The position numbers and the translations under genes are program-made. From Antedon mediterranea (Eukaryota > Animalia > Echinodermata): a stretch of DNA of 64,000 nucleotides. Below, piece after piece: positions 41,201-53,949 of the stretch; the first letter of the stretch is position 1, and each line of letters begins with the position of its first letter. The stretch is taken from NCBI RefSeq assembly GCF_964355755.1, contig NC_092672.1, forward strand, positions 13,330,001 through 13,394,000. The letters run 5' to 3'. Under the pieces are notes generated by a model. It saw only the letters and a program-made list of their open reading frames with translations, made no database searches and was not told the DNA's origin.

Positions 41201-43385
41201 TGATCATTGATATTCATCTGCATACACATTTGAAATTAAGAAAACCTGGGAATGCAAAACGAGTCAAGATTAGATTGGATTCTGAATAATGAAATATAGG
41301 GTGTGTCAACACATTTATAGTGAGTGTGGCCGAGCGGTTAAGACAGTGGAACCATAATCCATAGCCATAACATCGGCACGAGTTCGAGGCTCACTCGCTC
41401 CATGGTTCTGGTGGTAGAACAAGTCTTCTTGGATAAGGACTAAAAATCTGTAGGTCCAGTGTACATCTGGCTCATGTGCACTTTAAAGAACCTAGTACAT
41501 CTTTCGAGATGAGTAGGGGGTTACCCCGGTGTACTAGTTCATATATACACACTGTCGTGTACAGACGTAATGGTGCCATAGTTGGCTGCCGATGACACGA
41601 TGTGACCCTTTAGGGAGAAGAATGTTGTTGAAGAGAGGCAACATCTAAGTCCATAGTGTCTTTGATCACTAATTGTTGCTAGAATTGGCGCTTTAAAGAA
41701 TGTTCAATGTTTAGTAAATAAGGCGTGCAGAATAACTAAACAGATCATTAGATTTGATGATGTTTGTAACGTCAAAATTCATGATAAGGTCATTGCCATA
41801 ATGAAAGATGAGAGTCATCCACTCTATAGTGATTTTCAATGGTTGAGATCTGGAAGGCATTTGAGGGCTACACGTTGTAGAACAAAACGCTTTCTTAATT
41901 CTTTTGTTCCGTACTCAATTAGACATTTTAATAATCGTTGTTAAGTCGTTGAATTTTGTTGCTATGTAATTTTATTGTATTAACCTTTTAACTTTGAGCA
42001 ATTGTATGTCACATGAATTTCCGTATGGACAAATAAAATGAACTATGAACTATGAACAAATTCGTATATATTATATTATTATAAACAAGGACATATACCT
42101 TTATGTCTTATATATATATATGAAAATTACCTTTAACACAAAGTCAGGTGGAATTGTTGGCTTTGAATTAGGACGTATCAATCCGTCATGATACGAATGA
42201 ATTAAAGTTTCATCTAGATCAAGCACTAATGTTTTTCGTTTTACAAGATCTATTAAATGAATTAAATTAAACAATTCAGTAAAGTAAATTAAATGTAAAC
42301 ATACTGGATACTGTCTTCACTTGGTATAATGAAACACAATTCAAAATATGGAATGTTGAATCTCTTTGACATCCTTTTTATCAAATGGAAACATGATAAT
42401 AATATAATATTATTAAGCCAATATCTGCTCTGAACTGAAAAAAACTCCATTCTTGTTAAGTTCCTGATTTTGAAATCAAATGCATAGTATTGTGTTAAAC
42501 TAATTGATAAATATGAATTGAAAAAATCTACCAACAGAATTTGACAAAAAGGATATTGCTGATTGATACTTACCTAATTTGCGTTTTGAAAGTGGTGAAA
42601 GTGGTTGAACATCATATCTAACTGTTTGGTGCTGGATGAACTGATTAAAATAAAAATGTACATGATTTTGTTTTGCACAGATAGTAGGCCTAGGCCTAGG
42701 GCCTAGTTATATTATTAAGCATATATTTCTTAATAAAACTGTGTAGGCCTACAGTAATTAGCTAGATAATTTGAAGCTAGACATTATAGGCTAAATCTCT
42801 AGAAACCTGTCAATCAATGCCCTATCTAGTATTAATTAAAATAATTAATATTATATTATTAGAGGCTAGTTAGGCCAGAGTATACCTAGGCCTAGTATGA
42901 AATTAAACTACTAGGTCTACCCTAGGCTCTCAGTCTCTAGTCACACACAGGCATATATAGCCTAGGTCTAGGCTTAGCCTAATACAGTATATATAGCCTC
43001 TAGGAATCTAGATAGGCCTAGCTAGGCCCTATTATGCTTAATTAGTTTAGTGAAGAATTCAATTCTATCCTTATTCCTAATTAATATCATCCATTCATTG
43101 CATCTATTATCTATTTTACATCTAGGTGGACTAGACCTAGCCTATGTTAGTGTTAGGCTAACCTAAGCTAGGCCTTAATAAGCCTCTAGGAGCTAGGCCT
43201 TGCCTACAGTAGGCATGCCTAGAGGCTAGGCTAGCTAGCTAGCTAGGCTAGCCTGACAGACAGTCATTGACAAAACAAATCCTTACCTTCCGAATATTCC
43301 TACGTATGACATAACTGAAGATCTCCCATAATTTTGAAGCAATCATGAGCAGAGTTTTAATACCCATCAGTAAATAGGTTTTCAT
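38295..43385 (-). CDS. CTDNEP1: CTD nuclear envelope phosphatase 1 (Dullard), 242 aa; exons 43287-43385, 42574-42640, 42131-42249, 40646-40717, 39871-39987, 39012-39123, 38295-38437
   Basis: Spliced CDS is 729 nt, all introns GT-AG. It has the HAD motif '[12 protein letters not shown]', plus '[17 protein letters not shown]', '[26 protein letters not shown]', 'DNSPGAY' and '[27 protein letters not shown]', matching human CTDNEP1 as I recall it. Confidence 0.97.
39368..39856. mobile_element. Harbinger-like MITE, degenerate copy in CTDNEP1 intron 5
   Basis: Colinear with 53431-53949 ('gggtggattg..tataaacggtcttagcgcttag...tcttatccaaga...ctttagtaagaccgtct'). Confidence 0.75.
40036..40411 (-). mobile_element. 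Non-autonomous Helitron
   Basis: Minus strand reads A|TC...imperfect hairpin (ACCTGC..GCGGGT)...CTAG|T, with a GACA/GATA-type microsatellite near the 5' end. Confidence 0.55.
41319..41545 (+). mobile_element. tRNA-derived SINE (3'-truncated)
   Basis: Box A TGGCCGAGCGG, box B-like GAGTTCGAGGC; body is the reverse complement of 12380-12594. Confidence 0.8.
41640..42057 (+). mobile_element. LINE 3' end (Rex1/Babar-like)
   Basis: '[42 protein letters not shown]' is a typical ORF2 C-terminus, followed by AATAAA and an (ATGAACT)n tail. Confidence 0.65.
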
Positions 43386-43639
43386 TTGGATAGTACGATT
43401 ATCAACAGATTCCTGTGTGAGAGGTTTTGCTTAGGATTTCCCTCCCACAAAAATGTTTCACACGCCGAGAAATTGTGGTTTGCACGGCGTAGTAAACATC
43501 AACATTCTGGTGGTGGTGGCGCGAGGAGCTAGCTATCTTTAATTTGACGTTTGACCTTGATTGAAAGCTCTCCGGATATGCTAATCTCTACCCATCATAC
43601 AGCGCGCACTTTCAACAATAGTTCACACCGTATCCGGAT

Positions 43640-44085
43640 ATTCACCCCCCGGACATTTACCCCCCGGACAACCACCACCTGGACCACTACCCCTTAGGAC
43701 AACCACCCCTTTAGGACAACTACCCCCCGGACAAATACCCCCAGACAACTACCCCCTTAGGACAACTACCCCCTAGGACAACTACCCCCTGGACAACTAC
43801 CCCCTGGACAACTACCCCCCGGACAATTACCCCCCAGGAACAATTACCCCCCGGACAATTACCCCCCCCCCCCCGGGTAATTACCCCGCGGACAACTACC
43901 TCTGACACAAAACTCCCCGTAGGACAACTACTTCCTGGACAATACTCCGAGGGCAAATACTCTTTTAGGACAACTAGGCCTACCTCCGTATGACAACTAA
44001 CCCCTGGACAACTACCACCCAGAAAACTATCCCTTTAGAACAACTAACCCCCCCCCCCCCCCCGGACGGACAACTACCACCCAGA
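43640..44085. repeat. (GGACAACTACCCCC)n minisatellite, ~16-19 bp unit, upstream of CTDNEP1
   Basis: More than 20 degenerate copies; the plus strand is C-rich and the minus strand carries G-runs. Confidence 0.9.
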
Positions 44086-44717
44086 CCATTCAACAACCTG
44101 ACTCTGCAACAGCGTATAATAGGAATTAATAACTATATTTTAATTCGTTACTTTGACGAATTACTATTCATTATTGTAAACAAAAGTAAAAGATTTAACA
44201 TAAATATAGCCTGGTATAAACTGAAGATTGTCACACATGATCATAGGATAGTCGAACGTATTATATAGTACTCCCTGTATTTACTATAAAGACTGGGTTC
44301 GCTAATAATAATAATAATGTTTGCGTCAGGACAATGCTTCGATAACCACTGGTCTTAAAAGAATTAATTTTTGTCTCAAATTTGTCATTTGTATTTTTGT
44401 ACACTTGAAGAATAATATCACTTTTGATATTTGACCTCAATGTTCACTCACCGAATAAACGGCGATCTTTAAATAAATTCCCCTCAAATAAACGGTGACC
44501 ATGTCACTCCCATGACACATCATATGGAATAATCGGCGTCTATTTCCATTAGATTATACCCCTTCCCATTGAATAAACAACTTTCTTCCAATAAATGTCC
44601 ACCTAAAAACCACCTAAACAATAAACAGCCCAGGCCGTTTTTTCAATAAATACGGTACTTTAAATCTAGCACATCTAGGGTCTAGCGTGCTGTTAAACAG
44701 AATAATCGGTTAAAAAC

Positions 44718-45121
44718 GGGTGTTTCGAAACTAGAGACCCGAGACCAGAGACCAGAGACCCGAGACCCAATACGAAAAGGGAGACCTAAATATACGAAAA
44801 GGGAGACCCACGTACGAAAAGGGAGACCCCACTATACGAAAAGGGAGACCCTAATATACGAAAAGGGAGACCTAAATATACAAAAAGGGAGACCAAATAT
44901 ACGAAAAGGGAGACCCAAATATACGAAATGGGAGACCCAAATATACGAAAAGGGAGACCCACTATAAGAAAAGGGAGACCCCACTATACGAAAAGAGAGA
45001 CCACACTATACGAAAAGTGAGACCCTAATATACGAAAAGGGAGACCCAAATATAGGTCTCCCTTTTCGTATTGGGTCTCGTGTCAGGTCTCTGGTCTCGG
45101 GTCTCTAGTTTCGAAACACCC
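44718..45121. mobile_element. Mutator-like MITE with internal ~22-bp minisatellite
   Basis: TIR GGGTGTTTCGAAACTAGAGACCCGAGACCAGAGA; 9-bp direct repeat GTTAAAAAC (44709-44717, 45122-45130); internal (TATACGAAAAGGGAGACCCAAA)n. Confidence 0.8.
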
Positions 45122-47598
45122 GTTAAAAACAGATGATTTCATTTTTACAGAAACCGGTCCTATATATTTGTCTACTTTTGGATTTGGGGGGGGGGGGGGG
45201 TAGTTGATCGGGGGATTTCTTTATAAACATCATTAAGGCCCATTTACACTAGGGCGATAACGATATGCATTTTTCATACCTGAAACGAAGGAAATTTAAA
45301 AAGTTTTCATCCTAGAATTATAGGATAACCATCTATGCTGTCTTATATTTTCACACATCCAATCAAATGACGTCATGATTGGTACGAGTAACAATATCGT
45401 GACAATACAACGATTTTATTGTTCTTATATTGAACATGATGTCATTTAATTGGATTTTTAAAAAACCCAACTTTATCAAAGACAGCATAAATGATTATCT
45501 TATAGTTCTTTTGTTTTATGCAAGAAAATGTATTTTTATCTATTTATCGTCGATCGTTATCGTTATGATGTAGGCTACAAACTATGATGACTCTAGTAAA
45601 CAGTAATCATTTATAACCTCTATTTGTGCGAGAAAAAAAAAACCATTTTATGTTATATTTCAAACAGTTCTACCATTTGATAGAATACACATTCAGTACG
45701 CATGTGTAATCTGCTTTTTTCAAATAGCAAAGACTACGCCATGGCGTCGGTATACCGAATCAATGGATTATGATTATCCATGTGTAAAAAAAAAATAATA
45801 ATTTACGAAGAACGAAGAGGCATAAAGAAATTTATAATTATTATTTATTTATTGAAAGGCTTGAAAATGGAGAAGAGGATAAATTAAGTAATTCTGCCAA
45901 AAACCGTAGTTTAAAGACCGATAATATCTGCATGACTATCGACGAAGTAATTTGTCACACAACATTAGGCCTACAGTATCAACTTTGATCAGGGTTACTA
46001 ACTAATTGCAACGAAACACTGAATTTTACACAAACACAATTTTCAACTACACTTGCTGCCATTGTTGATTATTATAGCAGAGAGTTGTAACTCCCTGATT
46101 ATAGTGACTGGCTGAACTTTGTCTTCGAACTTTTTACGTGAACACGACGGAATAAAATCAAGAAAAAGAAGATACGATTTTTGGCGGCTAGAATGTTAAA
46201 CAGGTAGGCTACCTGTTAAACACTCCTACTTTCGGGCATTAGGCTTGTCTTTTTCAGAGTCATATACAGTACTCAAATAAATCTCCAAAGCATGTTATTA
46301 GATAAGGAATGTTCTCGTTATTATATTGGAAATCTGTATAGTATGCTTCACTTATTACAGATTGAAGGCGATATAGCCAAAAACTATTTGTTTATCTAAT
46401 TTGCTTTTATAGATGGTAGAGTTCAGATCTGAATTGTTTTAAATAAAGTATCCAGTTAGTGCAAGTGGTGCATACTTCAGCGTTTCTTTTTTCAATCATC
46501 TTTTGATTCATATCTAACTGCTGCCGTATTCTTAAACTTTATTTTTATTTTCATGATAGTATACGCTATGTTGGACTTTGCACTATATAATCTAAACATT
46601 TATAGGGTTGTAATTCATTTCAGTAATTCACCTAAAGACAATATTAAAATAGGTGTTTAGGTATAGATCGAACCTAAGGAGTAATCCGAGTCATTGTTTA
46701 TATTTGTATTTGTATATTTTAAACTTTTAGTTATTAGGCCTATTTCTGTTTTCATGTTGTTGAGCTTGTACATAATACGAGACTATTATGTTTAATTTTG
46801 TTGGAGAATGTAAAAACTATCTTTGTAATATTATATCTTTAAAGGCCTATACAAATCTGAAATCGGAATTTTTTAAAGCATTCATTTTATTGTAAAAAAT
46901 AATAATTCATAAAAATATTAAATGTTGGTATTTTGCAGTTAGGCCTATACAAAAATGAATAAACTTAAAAATAAGTGGAAACTTTTTCATAAAGCAAATT
47001 TATCTTATTGAAAGATACATTTGTTGAATTGTTTTGATGGAATTTTTTGAATAATTAAATATTGACAATTTAGACAAATACCGTAGTAGTCTATTTCAAT
47101 TACGGACAGCTAAATATATAATTAAAAACATGTTGTAGGCCTATGCTTTAAGCCTAAATGTTGTGGCTAGATTTACTTAGAAGGCTTTGTGTCGATACTG
47201 CGAGACTTGGTGTAAGAATGGACTAAAGAAGTAGGCCTATTCTATTTCTTTAGTCTTTATGAATATGATGCAATCCTGTTACAATTTGTACTTATTTTAG
47301 CTTGTTTGATTTTAATAGTTGAATATTAATTGATGTGTTAAATAAATATTATTATAACGTATTTTAGCCTTTGCCTGTCATGTATTAATTTAATTGTTGA
47401 ATATGAAATAGACCTACCGTGAATTATTAAAATGATCAGCCATGCGTGTCGTTTAGCGCCGCCACAAGTATGATACTTGGTAGCCATAGGAACGAAATAA
47501 ATAGATAGGACAAGATTGAGTACGGTCGATTCGATTATTCGATTGGCATAATACAGCATCAAGTACATTCAGCATTGAGACCGTAACTCAGTCAAATC

Positions 47599-50500
47599 AT
47601 GGACGAGAAAAAGAAGAAGAAAACTAGACCGACTAGGACAAGTCTATCAGCTGTACTGAATAATTTTGCTAATTGCGATGTTATACCACGGCAACGATAT
47701 AAGGAAAGTATTCAATTACGAGTGGTTAATAGAGTAATTGAACCAATTTTACGAACCGTTGGAGAAATGGACGATCGGTTTTGTATTTCCGAGCTTGGTG
47801 GAAGACTTACTGATGAGAATGGAACGACATCAAAGAATGCTAGTGTCAGGCTCAATGCCAGACATCATACAGTGGTAAATCGAACAACTGGGATGAACAA
47901 GAACAACGTTTACGAGTTTGACTTGCTTGTCGTCATACCTAACTTATTTGTGAATTTTGGACGAAATGCGTTCTCTGGTGGCGAAAATAATGCTGCTGGT
48001 GGTAGATCAAAACCAACTCTCAAATCATCAACGAAAGAGGACAAATCAGTAACCTTTATTGATAGTACATGCTGCAATAACCCGTACACGCCAGTTCTCA
48101 ATGGTTTTGGGTATTTGGCTATCAATGCAGACAATATCCTTGTTCATGATTTAGTATCTTGTTTAAATGATAGTGTTGACAATATTGGACGTGGAATAGA
48201 AAGAGAGACATATCTATGCCCTCATAAATTTGTACAGACATTTAGTACACTTGTTTCTGAGGCTGTTGAAGAGCTTGATAAGAAATGTTTTTGGGAAAAA
48301 GAACCAACTGTGTTTGAAGTGAAATTGTGCAATCAAGGTATTTACTCTAGTAGCTAGATCAACTTTCGTATGCACTTTGAGGTCCAGAGAATTTGACTTC
48401 AGAAATTGGTTTAGGATGGTCAAACAATCATTATTGGCTTGGTTACACATTTTGAAAATGTGGCGAAAGGTCAAAAGGTCAGGGTGAAAGGTTATCAAAC
48501 TAAACACCAATAAGTCCTTAAATCTCGACAACCACTGGTCACAGCGAGGTAATTTTGGTCTCAAATTGATCAGAAGGTATACATTTATATTCAGTCTAAT
48601 GGGACATTTTAGTCAAAAATGACCGGAAATGCCATTTCTGACCTTTGACCCACACCCCAGTGCATGTATGTATCTCCGTAACTACTGATTGTAGACACTT
48701 GAATTTGGTGTTAAATTGTTGGAAATAAACATTTTGTTATTTGTTGTAGGGGTCAAGGGGTCAGGGTCAAGGGTTATATGAACAAATATAAATAGATACT
48801 TGTATCTCGGCAACCACTCGTCGCAGTAAGTCAATTTTAGTCTCAAAATGTTCAGAAGGCATGCTTTCATATTCAATCTAATGGGACATTTTAGTCAAAT
48901 TTAGTCAGAAATGCCATTTCTGACCTTTGACCCACATATCATGGCATCTTCATATCTCTGTAAGTACTGGTCGTAGAAACTTAAATTTGGTATCAAATTG
49001 TTCGAAATATAGATATTTACATTCATTGTAATAGAACATGTGGTTAAAAGATGAACAGAAATACTATTACTAATGTTTCAAACAAAAAACTAATCTCTAC
49101 ATAACTTACCCAGTAATGTTATGCAACAACTGATACTTTAAATTGTTTCAATTTCAAGTACTAGTTATTGCTGTCCCCAAGAACATTTTGATAGAAACGT
49201 CAAGCTCAACGGTTCTTTTCGGAATGCTAGAAGTAACTTGCCATGTGTATCCGATTAAACGCCCCGGGCATTTATTGTTCAAAAGGGTTTTTAGGGGGAG
49301 GGGAGGCATCTTTATTTGGAGTATAATATGGTAACATGTATAATCAAATAAATACCACCTATATGTAAAAAAATACAGCACAATTAATATCAAAAAGTGA
49401 AAAAAATGCTTGGTAAATTGTAGATGGTACTGTAGTTAATGTAATGTGTTGTGATACAATTATTGTGTAAATGCATGTGGCGGGCGTATTCCACATGATG
49501 TTCTATTGGAGAGAATGCCGTGGCGTTTATTTGAGGGAGGCTTTTATTCAAAGCGGGTGTTAATTCGAATAAATTTTAATAATTATAATCATTTCTCAAC
49601 TGATAAAAGGTACTTTACATGATTCGTTTTCTTCTTTATGGTTTTTAACGAAATGTTTCTGTCTTTTAGAATAAAAGTGACACTGTTATAGATAACATTA
49701 AATGGATCTTCTCTTCCAGGTGCCAGTATAATGAGTAAAACAATGACATATCATTATCCTGACACGATTGCACTCATAATGGATCTTCATTCTATCATCT
49801 GTTTGTTTGTGACTACAATTTGACAATCAATCTTTTGCATATTTTTAAATGCCAATACATAGTTTCATTACTATTGTACAATATGTCCAGCTTTCCTGAA
49901 AACACCCTTGTGTACTGTAGTACAGTAGTATGATTTTATCATGATAACTTCTGATGCTTTTATTGTCAATGCATTCAGTACCTAAAACATGTCAAAGTTT
50001 CTAGTGGTATTGATAATAAATCTCCAGAAACATATATTGTTTTATTATCTACACTGGGAACAGACGTGTATAATATACACCGACAAAACTTATACATATT
50101 ATGTACCGGTATAAGTTTTGTCCGTAACATTAAAAAATATTATGCAACAGTGTTACGGAATAAAGACAATGAATTGGTCTATTATAGTTGTCTCCGATAC
50201 CTTTTATTACATGATTGTACTTGCAACAGGATAGAAAGAGGTTTAATCCAATTATATTAATAATTTTTTTTTTTAATCTGGGGTGTATTTATTTGATTAT
50301 ACATGTTACCATTATTACACCCAAACAAAATAAACGCCTTCCCTGAATAAATAAATGCCCGGGCCTAGCATTCTTAACTGTTGAGCTCGAGTATTTATTC
50401 GAATTAACCGCTTTGAATAAAAGCCTCCATTCCCTCCAATAGAACATCATGTGGAATAAACGATCTGCCATATGCATTTACAAAATAATTGTATCACAAC

Positions 50501-52657
50501 ACATTTCATTAATTACCATAATCTACAATTTACCGAGCATTTTGACATAATTTTATCATTTTTTGATATTAATTGTGCTGTATTTTTTTTACATCTAGGT
50601 GGTATTTATTTGATTATGCTACCATATTATACTCCAAATAAAGATGCCTCCCCTCCCCCTAAAAACCCGTTTGAACAATAAATGCCCGGGGTGTTTAATC
50701 GGATACACATGGCAAGTTACTTCTAGCATTCTGAAAAGAACTGTTGAGCTTGACGTTTATATCAAATTGTTCTCGTGGACAGCAATAACTAGTACTTGAA
50801 ATTGAAACAATTTAAAGTATCAGTTATTGCATAACATTACTGTCTAAGGATAAGTTGTGTAGAGATATGTTTTTTGTTTTAAACATTAGTAATAGTATTT
50901 TCTGTTCATCTTTTAACCACATTTTCTATTACAAATACACATGGCAAGTTACTTCTAGCATTCTGAAAAGAACTGTTGAGCTTGACGTTTATATCAAATT
51001 GTTCTCGTGGACAGCAATAACTAGTACTTGAAATTGAAACAATTTAAAGTATCAGTTATTGCATAACATTACTGTCTAAGGATAAGTTATGTAGAGATAT
51101 GTTTTTTGTTTGAAACATTAGTAATAGTATTTTCTGTTCATCTTTTAACCACATTTTCTATTACAATGAATGTAAATATGTATATTTCGAACAATTTGAT
51201 ACCAAATTTAAGTTTCTACGACCAGTACTTACAGAGATATGAAGATGCCCTGGTATGTGGGTCAAAAGTCAGAAATGGCATTTCTGATCATTTTTTACTA
51301 AAATGCCCCATTAGACGGAATATAAATGCATGCCTTCTGAACATTTTGAGACCAAAATTGACTTGCTGCGACCAGTGGTTGCCGAGATACAAGTACCTTT
51401 ATTTATTTGTTCATATAACCCTTGACCCTGACCCTTTGACCTTTTGTAACATTTTTCAAAATGTGTAACAAATAACAAAATATATATTTCGAACAATTTA
51501 AAACCAAATTCAAGTGTCTACGACCAGTAGTTACGGAGATAAATACATGCCCTGGGTTGTGGGTCAAAGGTCAGAAATGTCATTTCCGGTCATTTTTAAC
51601 TAAAATGTCCCATTAGACTGAATATAAATGTATACCTTCTGATCAATTTGAGACCAAAATTACTTCGCTGTGTCCAGTGGTTGTTGAGATTTAAGGACAT
51701 ATTGGTGTTTGGTCTTATGACCTTTCACCCTGACCTTTTGCCACATTTTCAAAATGTGTAACCAAGCCAAAAATGATTGTTTGACCACCCTAAACCAATT
51801 TCTGAAGTCAAATTCTCTGGACCTCAAAGTGCATACGAAAGTTGATCTAGCTACTAGAGTAATTGACTATGATGTTAATTATAGAGCCAAAAAAAAAATT
51901 AAAAAAATGTTTTATGTGGATTCCTTTATAAAAAATAAATATAAAAAAAAAATATTATCAATGATGCTGCTTATCTTCGATTTATAACATGTACACTTTT
52001 TTTTTTTTTCATGTAGGATCTGGTATTAATCTGAAGATCCTTCTTGCTGGAGAGACATTTACAGTTGATATATTACCAGCACTGCTTCTGCACTCCTGGC
52101 CTGAGTCTATGAATTCCTGGTATAAACAACACTTGAGTAATAAATGGTTATCATCACAACGCATCGGTATGGTTAAGAAAGATCTGTATTTAATATGCGA
52201 CACAACTGCTAAAAATGTTGACGAGAGACTATGGAAAGTATGTTATGAAAAGAGTGAGTGTACTCTTCTGGAATATGCAGATTCACATCAGGTTGATAGT
52301 TGCCGCTACAAAGCTTACTCTATTTTAGAAACTCTCATTGAAGATAATGCAGCAGATTTTGCACCCTGGACTCCACGACTGCTTAGAAATATCTTTATTG
52401 AACAATGTATACAATATCCTCATGACGAAGACTGGTATGGTAGTAAACTAGGTAGAGCATTTGTAGACTTATTTCAGGCGATTATAAGCTCTATAAAATC
52501 ATGTGAATCTACTCATGTCTTTACACAGAACAATCTGTTAAAGGGTGCAGGTACAGAGTCTGAGATGAAACAAATAAGTAGGCATCTCAAGGCAATTCTT
52601 CAAGACATAATTAAACAGCCAGATAAATCAGCATTTCTTTCTATAAATGACCAATAA
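47599..52657 (+). CDS. Mab-21/cGAS-like (cGLR-fold) nucleotidyltransferase-family protein, 459 aa; exons 47599-48337, 52017-52657
   Basis: Phase-1 GT-AG intron; 1380 nt in frame. Mab-21 hallmarks: 'VIEPILRTVGEMDDRF', 'YEFDLLVV', 'YLCPHKFVQTFSTLVSEAV', 'VDILPAL', 'WP', 'WKVCYEKSECTLL', 'CRYKAYSILETL', 'PHDEDW', 'HVFTQNNLL'. Confidence 0.85.
48345..51859. mobile_element. 3.5-kb fold-back element with ~1.2-kb inverted arms and a TA TSD
   Basis: CTCTAGTAGCTAGATCAACTTTCGTATGCACTTTGAGG... at 48345 is the reverse complement of the sequence ending at 51859. Complementarity continues to about 49576/50392. TA flanks both ends. Confidence 0.9.
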
Positions 52658-53430
52658 CCCATGTTCATACATCTTACTTTACTGTGCCAATAAACATCGT
52701 CAAAATAATTTTTAAGGGACAAAAGTGAAAGGCAAAACCAGCAATCAACCAACCACTACTGTACAACTTTGTGAAGGAGTAAAGTAGATTGTGGAAGATT
52801 TTTTTATAGGCATCAATATGGGACAGAGTACATTTTACTCGCTCCATAAACAATTTATATTGCGCATACAAATGTCAAGACTATTACAAATAACTAAATC
52901 TAGGCAATGTTCATCGACTAGACAATGTTTAAATTGAACTTTACAGCATCAGTTTATAGTTCATATGAAAGGAAAATCAGATATTATAGTTCACTATAAT
53001 ATCTCTATGGTTTATGCGATTCTCAAAAGAACAATGTTTTAGGTAACAAACCACCATGCCTAGTTCTTCAAACATTGCTTATGCTTTGATCCATAGAGAT
53101 ATTACTATAATATCTCTTTGTTTGAACCAACACCAATGAACACCTTTGAAATAGAAATAATCCACTTTAATAAATTAGTACCGGCTTTCCTAAAACATTT
53201 CACAAATACAAATTAATACCTAATTTAAAAGAAAAAGTGTTACCCTCACACTGAAAGGAAACAGTCATTCCAAACCCAACCCAAACTTACTCAACTCAAC
53301 AAATGCATTATAGTTTCTTTTCTTGTTTTTGGCTTTTTATGCCTATTTTCGCTCATAGTAAAGTATGTGCTTTTTGAAGAATAAATTGTATTGTAGAAGA
53401 GTTGTCTTTAGGTAATATTATTAAGTTCTG

Positions 53431-53949
53431 GGGCGGATTGCTATAAGCGATCTATAAACGGTCTTAGCGCTTAGCCGGCTATAATTCGTGACGTAGCAAG
53501 TAGTCTTTATTTATAGAACATTGCTATACCACGGTCTAACATGTAAACGGACTCTAAAATTAAAGCCTACTCGAAGGAGTCTTAAACCTCTCTTTTTGTT
53601 GCTTTTACGTATTATTTATCGTCAAAGACAATCAATTGAATGAGTTTTAAGAGTTAAATCAAATAATAACGGTGATTTTATTCTTATATAGGCATAGAAT
53701 AGATTTTCTTGCGTAGAAATGTACGTACTGTTATGATTGTGAATTGAACAAGCGTGACGAACATTATCTTATTTGGTATTCTACGCGCAAAGTACGCCTT
53801 CAATTTGTTAGTTTACGCGGTCTTATCCAAGACTGTTTTATAGCAATGGTTTAACAGGGGTGGCTTTAGTAAGACCGTCTATCTGATAAAGACGGCTTTA
53901 ATCGGGGAGTTAAGACCATCAGTTAAGACTGTTTTATAGCAATCCACCC
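53431..53949. mobile_element. Harbinger-like MITE with CTG TSD
   Basis: TIRs GGGCGGATTGCTATAA / TTATAGCAATCCACCC; CTG on both sides. Confidence 0.7.

Noticed and set aside
41319-41400. tRNA gene
   Set aside because: A and B boxes are present, but there is no clean cloverleaf, and it continues into a body repeated elsewhere (SINE).
46100-47300. Putative 5'UTR intron of the Mab-21-like gene (donor 46204, acceptor 47300)
   Set aside because: Plausible splice sites, but they cannot be verified without transcripts.
48214-51987. Mirror-image ORFs (48214-48564 minus, 51106-51468 plus, 51754-51987 plus) as a transposase
   Set aside because: They arise from the inverted arms, and no DDE or other motif is visible; the element looks non-coding.
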